This document shows, piece by piece, positions 8,749 to 17,900 of a stretch of DNA of 64,000 nucleotides (positions are counted from its first letter, which is position 1; every line of letters starts with the position of its first letter). Source of the DNA: Candidatus Latescibacterota bacterium. GTDB taxonomy: Bacteria > Latescibacterota > UBA2968 > UBA8231. The translations under genes and the position numbers were made by a program. Under the pieces are notes generated by a model that made no database searches, had not been told where the DNA came from, and saw only the letters and a program-made list of their open reading frames with translations. The DNA lies in assembly GCA_965223905.1 (NCBI GenBank), contig CBDCXV010000001.1, forward strand, positions 96,001 to 160,000. The letters run 5' to 3'.

Positions 8749-10038
8749 TCAGGAGCGCTCCTCGAGCGGGACGTAGCGCTGTTCGACGGGGCCGGTGTAG
8801 ACCTGGCGCGGCCGGTGGATGCGCCCCCCGGTGATGAAGCGGTCCTCGTACCAGTGCGCGATCCATCCCGGCATGCGGCCGATGGCGAATATCGCCGTGA
8901 ACATCGACTTGGGAATGCCGAGGGCGCGCAGGATGACGCCGCTGTAGAAATCGACGTTGGGGTACAGCTTGCGCTCGATGAAGTAGTCGTCCTTCAGGGC
9001 CGCCTCCTCCAGCTCCCGGGCGATGTCGAGCATGGCGTCCCGCTTGCCGAGGCGGCCGAGGACGATCTCGCACTGCTGCTTAATGATCATGGCGCGGGGA
9101 TCGAAATTCTTGTACACGCGATGCCCGAACCCCATGAGCCGGATGCCGGCGGTCCTGTCCTTGACCTGCCGCACGTACTCCCTGACCGGGATCCTGCTCT
9201 CCATCAGGTTCTCGATCATGCTGACGACGGCGACGTTGGCCCCGCCGTGCAGCGGGCCCCACAGGGCGCTGACGCCGGCTGCCACCGCGGAGAACAGGTT
9301 GCCGCCGCTGCTGCCGACCATGCGCACCGTGGATGTGCTGCAGTTCTGTTCGTGATCGGCGTGCAGGAGCAGCAGGACGTCGAGGGCGCGCTCTTCCTCG
9401 GGATCCGGCTCGTAGTCGTTGTACGGCTGGGTGAACATCATGTGCAGGAAGTTGGCGGTGTACTTGAGATCGTGCCGCGGGTAGGGCATGTTGTGGCCGA
9501 GGTTCTGCTTGTAGGAATAGGCGGCGATGGTGCGCACCTTCGACATGATGCGCGCCGCGACTTCCTGGAACACGTCGACGTCTTCGACGTCGAGCAGCTC
9601 CGGATAGTAGCAGGTCAGGGCGCTGAGCACCGCGGACAGCACCGCCATCGGCGGGGATCCCGGGGGGAACAGGGTCATGTGATGCCGGATCTGCTCCCGC
9701 AGCATCGCGTGCTCACCGAGCAGCGTTCTGAACGACTCGAGCTGTTCCCGGGTCGGCAGCTCCCCCCAGATCAGGAGGTAGGCCGTTTCGATGAAGTTGC
9801 TTTTCTCCGCCAGCACCTCGATCGGGATGCCCCGGTACCGCAGGACCCCCTGCTCGCCGTCTATGTAGGTAATGGAGCTGAGGCAGGAGCCGGTGTTGCC
9901 GTACCCTTCGTCGAGGGTGATGTACCCGCTCTGCGCCCTTAGAGCGCCGATGTCGACAGCCCGCTCCTGCTCGCTGCCGACCACTACGGGAAGGTCGATT
10001 TCCCCGTCGTCCAGTATGAGTCGGGCGGTATCCGCCAT
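8749..10038 (-). CDS. gltA: Citrate synthase (type II-like)
   Basis: LHADHEQNCSTSTVR, LWGPLHGGAN, MGFGHRVYKNFDPRA, LYPNVDFYSG. Confidence 0.98.
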   Translation of the reverse strand: MADTARLILDDGEIDLPVVVGSEQERAVDIGALRAQSGYITLDEGYGNTGSCLSSITYIDGEQGVLRYRGIPIEVLAEKSNFIETAYLLIWGELPTREQLESFRTLLGEHAMLREQIRHHMTLFPPGSPPMAVLSAVLSALTCYYPELLDVEDVDVFQEVAARIMSKVRTIAAYSYKQNLGHNMPYPRHDLKYTANFLHMMFTQPYNDYEPDPEEERALDVLLLLHADHEQNCSTSTVRMVGSSGGNLFSAVAAGVSALWGPLHGGANVAVVSMIENLMESRIPVREYVRQVKDRTAGIRLMGFGHRVYKNFDPRAMIIKQQCEIVLGRLGKRDAMLDIARELEEAALKDDYFIERKLYPNVDFYSGVILRALGIPKSMFTAIFAIGRMPGWIAHWYEDRFITGGRIHRPRQVYTGPVEQRYVPLEERS

Positions 10039-10092
10039 GAAGATCTCCTGTTGTGGGGGTTTCAGCAGGGCCGGGGATAGTAGCCCGCTGAT

Positions 10093-11787
10093 ATGGGAGT
10101 GTCAAACAAACCGTTAGAGGGTCCGTACGGCAGGCGCAGGCGCCTGTTTCGGGGGGGTGCTTTGCTGTCGCTTGCCGCCCTGGCGGGGGCCTGTATGTAT
10201 CGCTTTTTCGGCCACGATCTGGTGCGCTCGCTCTACCGGGGTGAATGGCCGTGGCTGTCCCACCTGGTAAAGCGCCGGGGGGAACACCCGGTCGAGTACT
10301 ATCTCGAAGTCGCCGACCGCGCCGCCTGCGGCCTGCTGCTCTGGAGCGTTCTGGTCTTCCTGCTGTACTGGGCCCTGCGGGAGCTGGGCGGCCGCCGTCC
10401 CGCCTCGCTGCTGGGCGATCCGCGGTGGCGCCGGCTGACGACGGCGACCGCCGCGGTCTGGCTCCTATTCCTGTTGCGGATCCCCCTCTTTCAGGCCCTT
10501 CCCTGGTGGTTCTGGTCGCTTGCCGACAGGCCGCTGCCCCTCTGGTGGCTGTTCGCCTCCCTGGCCTTGGGGAGCGCCGGAGCCTGTTTCGCCGTGTCGA
10601 GCCGGCCCCACCGCCACCTGCCGAACCTGCTGCTGCTCGTCGCTCTCTGCTACACCCTGCAGCTTGGATTCGGCCTGATGGAAGGGCGCGGCCTGCAGTC
10701 GCTGTCCGACCGTCTCACCGGCAGCGGCGGACATGCGCGCCTGGCTCTCGCCGGCACCGAGTGGACCCCCGGGCACCTGTTGCGGAACTACCCTTCCATG
10801 GTCGCCAACCAGGAGCTGCCGCACTTCCCGCACGCCACCAGACCGCCCGGCCCGGTGATCGCCTTTTCACTTCTCGACCAGTTGGCCCGTCACCTGCCGA
10901 TTTCCGGAAATGGCCGGCAGGATGCGGTCGCGCGGCTCGCCGCCCTGCTGTTTCCCCTGATGGCCTCCCTGACCCTGTTTCCGCTGTGGGGGTTGTGCCG
11001 GCTGGCGATCCCCGGCGAACGCGAGGCCTGGATGCCGCTCCTGCTCTACGTCTCGGCACCGAGCCTCCTGCTGATGGTCCTCCACCTCGACCAGTGCCTG
11101 TTTCCCCTGATCGGCACCACCTTCCTCTACCTGCTGGCACGGGCCCTGACCGCAAACAGGTTGCTCCCGGCATTCGCCGCGGGCATCTGTCTGTATGCAG
11201 GGATGTACTTCAGCTTCGGGCTGATCGCCCTGGGGGCCGCATCGACGGCTCTGATCCTGCTGTTCGCGCGCACGCGGCAGGCCTGGAGGCAGGCCGGAAC
11301 CGCCGCGGCCGCGCTGCTTGCAGGGGCTGCGCTTGTGCACCTGGCGATGTGGTTCGCTCTCGGGTACGACGCTCTGGCCCAGTTCCGCTTCGGCATGGCG
11401 GCTCACCAGGCCTTCAAGTTCCCGCAGTGGGGCTTCGGCCACACCCTCTACTTCGGCGCCCTCAACCTCGTCGAGTTCGCCCTCTGGTGCGGACCGGCCC
11501 TCGCCCTCCTATGCGGAGCGCAGTTGTTCCGCTCCTGCAGAAGCTGGCCGCCCGGGACCGTGGCCGACCTGCTGGTGCTGGCGCTGGCCGTCGCCCTGGC
11601 GGGGCTCGTTCTGTTCGGGCGCACCGCCGCGGAAACCGCGCGCCTGTGGCTCTTCCTCCTGCCCCTGGTGGCCCTCGCCGGCGCCCGTTACCTCGGCGAA
11701 ATCACCCCTGGCCGCGGTGCCGGCTTCATCCTCGCGCTGCAGCTGGTCACCGTGCTGGTCCTCAAGAAGTGCCAGGATCTGTTCTGA
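10093..11787 (+). CDS. Polytopic membrane protein, possible GT-C-type glycosyltransferase
   Basis: Many hydrophobic segments; HATRPPGP loop, LHLDQ and ETARLWLF motifs reminiscent of GT-C enzymes. Confidence 0.5.
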   Translation: MGVSNKPLEGPYGRRRRLFRGGALLSLAALAGACMYRFFGHDLVRSLYRGEWPWLSHLVKRRGEHPVEYYLEVADRAACGLLLWSVLVFLLYWALRELGGRRPASLLGDPRWRRLTTATAAVWLLFLLRIPLFQALPWWFWSLADRPLPLWWLFASLALGSAGACFAVSSRPHRHLPNLLLLVALCYTLQLGFGLMEGRGLQSLSDRLTGSGGHARLALAGTEWTPGHLLRNYPSMVANQELPHFPHATRPPGPVIAFSLLDQLARHLPISGNGRQDAVARLAALLFPLMASLTLFPLWGLCRLAIPGEREAWMPLLLYVSAPSLLLMVLHLDQCLFPLIGTTFLYLLARALTANRLLPAFAAGICLYAGMYFSFGLIALGAASTALILLFARTRQAWRQAGTAAAALLAGAALVHLAMWFALGYDALAQFRFGMAAHQAFKFPQWGFGHTLYFGALNLVEFALWCGPALALLCGAQLFRSCRSWPPGTVADLLVLALAVALAGLVLFGRTAAETARLWLFLLPLVALAGARYLGEITPGRGAGFILALQLVTVLVLKKCQDLF

Positions 11788-11979
11788 CGCCCGCGGCGGC
11801 CTGTGCTGCTCGGCATGAGTAATTGCCCTGCCAAGGGCGTCGAGGCGCCCAGCCCCCAGGGCGCGACCGAGGTGGGTTGGGGTACCCACCGAGAGGGCGC
11901 AACGCCTGGGGCCGGGATTGAGGGAAAATCGCACATGCGAGGTTTTCGATTGAACCGCGATTGGACCGCGATTTTTCCC

Positions 11980-13176
11980 TCAAGAGGATCGGCGCCATTG
12001 TGGGCAAGGAATTGTGCCGAGTGGCACTATACGGTCCGCCAGGAACCGCGCCGACAGCTCGTGGCCGAGCGCCGTGAAGTGTCCGTAGCCGCCGTGGTAG
12101 ATCTCGTTTCCCCTTTCGATCTGCTCGATGAAGGGCTCGCGCGGATAGGCGTAATCGATCTGCAGCCAGGCCAGCTTTTTCAGGATCCCGGCCTCGATCC
12201 GCTCCCTGTCCCGGCGGAATACCGGGCGAGACGCCCCCGGGTCGCGGCGATAGCGCCGGATGTCGATGACGTCCTGGAGGAGCAGGGGATCGGGTATCAG
12301 ATAGACGAAAAAGCCGATTTCGCGCTGCCGCAGGTGGCCGGCGATCCCGTCCAGCAAGCGCCCGGCAACCGCTGTCATTGCCTGCAGGTGAGCCTCCGAC
12401 TTGCCGAATTCCGGGGTGGCGATCATGCCGGCGTCCCGCGCCAGGGCGGCGATGCCCGGGGTGGCCTTTACTGCGTGCTTCCAGAACAGGCGGGCGACAA
12501 CGGAGCGGGCCAGCACGTTGTCCCGCAGCCAGTAGCGCAGCGAATAGGGGGGAGCCGGGAAAAAGGTCGGCTCGCCGTCCGCCAGGTCGAAGCGGGGGAC
12601 CGATGCCGAGGCGAGGGGGGCGAAGTTGTCCTGCAGGTCGTTGCCGAGGAAGAGGACGAGCACCACGCTGTCCGGGTTCCAGTCGGCGGCGCGCTCGCGC
12701 ACTGCGAGGAAGTGGGACCCGAGACCGTAGCCGTGCACCCCCCCAGTTCACCGCCTCGAACTCTCCTGCACCGCGCCGCGACAGGTCGCGCGCCAGGCGC
12801 TGGGAGAAGTTCGCCTCGATGTCGACCTGGTAGGCCTCGAGGAAGGAATCCCCGAGAAAGAGGATGCGGCGGCGGCCTGCGGCCGGCCGCGGCGCCCGTT
12901 CGCGATCGTGAAACCCGCGGCTGTTCGTGGTCACTACCCGCGGGGGGCCCTCCACCTCGCGAGTCCAGGGAATGCTCAGGTGGGGCCGCCCGCGAAAACC
13001 GAGGAGCTCGTCGTACTCCAGGGTGGCCTGCTCGACTTTGACGAACCGGGGCAGGAGCAGCTCCGCAGCAGCAGGACCGCGGCCGTCGCCGCGGCGACGA
13101 CGGCGCAATTCACCGCCAGGGTGCGCAGCGGGAAAGAAACGCCGCCGGCCCTGTCCGAAGTAGCCCTCACCGGCAT
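11980..13176 (-). CDS. SGNH/GDSL hydrolase family protein with N-terminal membrane anchor; two apparent frameshifts near 13068 and 12742
   Basis: TNSRGFHD, ILFLGDSF, NWG(V)HGYG, FLGNDLQD and GHFTALGH are spread over three frames. Confidence 0.8.
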
Positions 13177-13246
13177 GGCGAACCCCCGCGGTATGTTCCC
13201 GGCGCTGGTCCCGATTCCCCTCCGGATGGGCCCCGCATCTTCGCGC

Positions 13247-13470
13247 CTACCTGACCGCTATGAAGTAGTGGATGACGAACCAGACCCCCGAGGTGGCGAA
13301 CTGCCCGAGAATGACCCCGATGAAGAAGGGCCTCGTGGCCACGTACAGCTTCACCCCGCCGTATTTGACGATCGCGGTCTTGAACAGCCAGCCGAGAAAG
13401 ACGCTGAAGAAGGCCGAGCCGAAAACCGCGCTCAGGGGCAGCCCCAGGGGATGCAGGGGCCAGCAACGAC
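13247..13470 (-). pseudogene. C-terminal relic of a third DUF6785/DUF6784-like membrane protein
   Basis: Frame absent from the ORF track: WPLHPLGLPLSAVFGSAFFSVFLGWLFKTAIVKYGGVKLYVATRPFFIGVILGQFATSGVWFVIHYFIAVR*, matching the C-terminus of 54241-56244; no N-terminal part. Confidence 0.75.
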
Positions 13471-13479
13471 GGCAAGAAA

Positions 13480-13845
13480 ATGCGCAAGCCTGTGGTTGCC
13501 CCCGAATGGGCCTGCAACTTTGTCATCGATGAAGACGATGTCAGCACCGAGGTCGACAGCCCCGCTGCCGGGATCACCGCCAGGGAGATATCGCTCTCGC
13601 AGAATTTCCCGAATCCGTTCAATCACACAACCCGGATAGATTTCGCCCTGCCGGAGTCCGCCGAGGTGGAGATATCCGTTTACGACCTGAGCGGCCAGAG
13701 AATACGGACCCTTGTCCGGGAATTCGTGACCCGGGGGAAACACACCGTCAGGTGGGACGCATCCGGTCTGACGACAGGCGTCTATCTGTACCGGATCAGG
13801 TCCGGCAACTTCGAGGACGTGAAACGGGCAACGTTGATCAAGTGA
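13480..13845 (+). pseudogene. Isolated T9SS type-A-like/FlgD C-terminal domain, probably a truncated gene
   Basis: LSQNFPNPFN...ISVYDLSGQRIRTLV...WDASGLTTGVYLYRI...ATLIK*; no signal peptide or cargo domain. Confidence 0.7.
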
Positions 13846-13929
13846 GGAATGCCTGCTGGTTGCGGCACCGCTGCAGGCTGTCCAGCCGCCCGTGAATCTG
13901 GCGGGTGGCAGTCCGGAAGGTAGTCGCGC

Positions 13930-14583
13930 TCAACCGCTTTCTGGGAGGTGGGTCGCAGGCGATTCCCCGGGAGCTCTTTGGCCGCTGTCGGGATTATTCG
14001 GCTTCAGTTTCGATTTGCCCGCACGAAATAACCACCTGGTGAATCGAAACCCCTGCTGCAGGATCAGGTCGATCAGGGCATCTTCCCTTCTTTCGCGGTA
14101 GAACTCCGCCTCCGCGCGATCCGGGGGCGGGACGGCCCACCTGGGGAAGGGGAAGGGGGGCGGCATCTCTTCCCGCATCGAGCCGGGAGCTGGCAAGAAC
14201 ACCGCAGGGATCGGCAGGGAGGAAATCAACTCGCCCTCCTCGACAAGCAGGGATGACACCGCCAGCCTCGGAAGGGCACCGCCCGTGCGGTGGATGTTGA
14301 GTCTTCCCCGTTCCGGGTCGAGCCGCTCACGGACAACCCATCCCGGCTTCCTCTCCCCAGCAGACCCTTCCGAAAGCCATTCCCAGACCTGGTAACCTGC
14401 GGCGCCGGACACCCTCGCCCAGCTAAGAGTCGCCAAGCCGTCCGACTGGGTGCAGTACACCGCGGCCGGCGCGGGGATTCCCGCTTCGGTCCGGGAGACT
14501 TCTCCTGCAGGCTCCGCGTTCGCCCACGTCGAGGTCAGAAGAAGGACGGGCAGCAGTCCGTTTCTTGTCAGCATGGCATGCAT
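13930..14583 (-). CDS. Hypothetical secreted protein (FN3-like N-terminal region)
   Basis: Signal peptide LLPVLLLTSTWANA; LSWARVSGAAGYQV resembles FN3. Confidence 0.5.
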   Translation of the reverse strand: MHAMLTRNGLLPVLLLTSTWANAEPAGEVSRTEAGIPAPAAVYCTQSDGLATLSWARVSGAAGYQVWEWLSEGSAGERKPGWVVRERLDPERGRLNIHRTGGALPRLAVSSLLVEEGELISSLPIPAVFLPAPGSMREEMPPPFPFPRWAVPPPDRAEAEFYRERREDALIDLILQQGFRFTRWLFRAGKSKLKPNNPDSGQRAPGESPATHLPESG

Positions 14584-14953
14584 CCCTTCTGAGCTCATTC
14601 TCGTAGGTCCGGCCCTTGCCTTGAAGCGTACGGTCAATATACAGGATAGAGGTAGCAGACCAAACGAACCGCCGAGCAGCAGTCGGGGCTCGGACCCCCC
14701 GCACATGTACACCCTGTCGCAGAGGTTCGGCCTCCCAGCCGGTACGGGGGTCAGAGTCACCCTGGGGGGCCCAATGACCCGTGGCCTCCGATTGCGCCGG
14801 GACTCCCACAGAGATCTATTTCAACAGATGCTGCAGGAAGAAGTGCCCCATGCTACCGGCAGCTGAAGGTGCCTTCGCCGGCCACGACCTACCTCCTCCA
14901 GACCGATGCAACGGATTTATTTCAGGCCTGCCGGTTTCGTACCTTAAACCGTC

Positions 14954-17900
14954 GTGACTTTTCTCGCCCGCACCCGCCTTCTCCCGTTGCGAGCGTGGCT
15001 CATCCTGCTCGCACTGCTCTCTTCTTCCATTTCCGCGGCTCCACTCGAGCTGACTGAATCGCCAGGAGGGGACCTCATCCTGCGGCTGCGTCTCGACGCC
15101 CAGGAGGGGCGCCACCTGACGGCGACCGAAATCGACGGCCGGCTCACCCACCAGCTTGCCTTTCCCGATCTGCCGGCCCGGCTGACTTCGCCGGCCGGCG
15201 TCGAGCTGCCTTTCGCCGCCCACCTGCTCGCAGCTCCTCCCGGGGCCGGCGTCGAGCTCGAGGTGCTGGAGGCGCGGTTCACGGAGCTCGAAGACATCCT
15301 GCTGCCGCCTGCCCCTCCGTCAGCGGAGATCAGCCGTCCTTCGGGTCTCGTCGAAGCCGAGTACCTCGGCATTCTGCGCGGTGTCGACGCCTACGGTCTG
15401 CGGCTGTTTCCGGTCTCGTACGACCCCGGGCTGCGGCGGCTCTCGGCCTGCACCGACCTGCGGGTAGCGGTCCGGTTTTCCGGAGGCGGGCGTTTCAAAC
15501 CGGCAACGGGCGGGGACGGCGCCTCCCCGCTTTACGGCGCCTTCCTCAATCCGCCGGCAGAGATGCCGCCGCGGGCGGCGGCCAAGCGCGCCCGTGTCGA
15601 CGACCGCGGTGCCTGGTACGACCCCTCCCTCCCGTGGGTCAAGGTGAAGGTCGCTCACGACGGCGTCTTCCGCATCGACCGGAGCTGGCTGGCGGCGCGC
15701 GCCGTCGACCCCGGGGAAATCGACCCCCGCACCTTGCGGCTGTTTCACCTCGGCAGCGAACAGCCGCTACAGGTTTTCGGGCAGGAGGATGGCTCGTTCG
15801 ACGAGAGCGATTACCTGCTTTTTGCGGGCCGCTTCCGGCGCGACAAGGCCGGGCAGGTGGGAGAAAAGGATTTCGAGAGCATCTACGGCCGCGAGAATCT
15901 TTACTGGCTTACCTGGGGCGGAGAGACGGGACGGCGGTTCCAGCCCCAGTCCGCGGAACCGGATGCCGGGTACCCCATCGCCGAATTTTTCTGGACCACC
16001 GCCCATTTCGAGCAGGATCTGTGGTTCCAGGTTTTCGCGGATGCGCCTGACATCAACCGCGATCACTGGTTCTGGAGACGCCGCCCCATCCGCGGTCTCG
16101 ATGTCGACACCCCCGGCTCCGCGGTGTTCACAGGAGAGCTCGTCGCCCCTGCTTTCGGAGAGGAGTACGGCGCCCGGCTGCGGGTCGCCCTGCACGGACA
16201 GACCCCTGCCCACCACACGGTGCTCAAGCTGAACAACCAGCACATCGGGGACTATCTCTGGCGGGGACAGGTCGAGCTTCAGATTGAGGAGGAGATCTCC
16301 TCTACGTTCCTGAGGAAGGGCACCAACAGGCTGCTCGTCCAGGCGTTCGCCAGCGCCACCGAAGGGCGGGATCAGACGCTCTTCAACTTCTTCGCCATCG
16401 ACTACCGCGCCCGGCATGTGGCCTGGCCCGGATACCTGCGCTTCACCCACGAGCCCTCTACGGGCAGGCAGGTGGTCGTATTCGACTTTTCCCATCCGGA
16501 GATCCACCTGTTCGACACCGCGCGCGAGATCGTTTTCTCCGGGCTGCGGATAGACAGTACCCGCGCGCCGCTCTATACCGCCGTTTTCGAAGACGAAAAC
16601 CGGACGAAGGCCGAATACGTCATCGTCGACAGCGCCAGCATCCGCACTCCCGGCGGGGCGTTGGATTCACCTTCCCGTTTGCGAACGACACATCCGGGAG
16701 CCGACTACGTGATCATCTCCCATGAAGACTTCCTCGACGCCGCCGAACGGCTGGAAGGCCATCGCCGGGAGAGCGGCCTAGCCGCCGAAATCGTCGACGT
16801 CGAGGACATCTACGACGAGTTCTCGCACGGACTGATGTTGCGCGAGGCGATCGGCGCCTTCATCTCCCACGCCTACCACAACTGGGAGCGGCCCCCGCAG
16901 TACGTGCTGTTGCTCGGGGACGCCACCTTCGACTACCGCAACGTCCAGGGCGGGGGACAGCCCTGCTATGTTCCCACCCTCTATTACCATGCGCGCAGGC
17001 GCGGCCATTCACCCAGCGATTACCTCTACAGCCTGGTCGACGGCGACGACCTCCTGCCGGATGTCGCGGTCGGCCGCCTCGCTGTCGAGAGCGCCGCGGA
17101 AGCGAAGGGGGTGGTCGACAAGATTGTCCGCTACGACACCGAGCCTGCCCCGGGGGACTGGCGCAGCCGCGTCATCTACCTGGCGAACCACCACTCCAAG
17201 GATGTGTTCACTCTGCCCAGCGACGAGCTTGCCTCCCGCTTCAGCGAGCCGTTCGGGTTGCAGTCGGTCAAGATCTACAACCCCGACGAGCAGCACCTCC
17301 CCAACCCCACGGGGAAGGCGTTCCTCGACGAGCTCAACGCCGGAGCGCTGCTGGTGAACTTCAACGGCCACGGCGCCGCCGGCACGATGCAGTACCTGTT
17401 CTCGCTGCAGTTCCCCGACTGGGACTACCTCTCGCAGGTCGACAACGGCCGTCGCCTGCCGCTGGTGACGGCGCTCTCCTGTCTCAACGGAATGTTCGTC
17501 AACCCGCACACCGAGGCGATCGGCGAAGTCTTCACCGACCGCGCCGACGGCGGCTCGATCGCCTACATCTCAGCCTCGGCGCAGAGCTTCATCTCGCAGA
17601 ACGATCTCCTCGGCCAGCATCTGTACGGGCAGTTCTTCGACGAGAGAACCCTGGCCTTCGGCCCGGCCCTGAACGCCGCCAAGGTCCAGGTCCTTGCGGC
17701 GCACTCCTCCTGGACCGCTTCCGCCCTGACCATGCAGCTGTTCGGCGACCCGGCGCAGGAGCTCGCCCTGCCGCGGCTGCCCGACTATCAGCCGCTCGAG
17801 CTCGCCGCGGGAGAAGAGCTGGTGAGCGGCAGCATCGTCCCGGTCGCCGCGGTCCTGGCCAACAACTCCCGCGCCACCCAGGACAGTCTCACCGTGCTCG

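Noticed and set aside
13900-13930. GTCCGGAAGG resembling SRP RNA domain IV
   Set aside because: Lacks the flanking CAGG/AGCAGC consensus and the long SRP stem.
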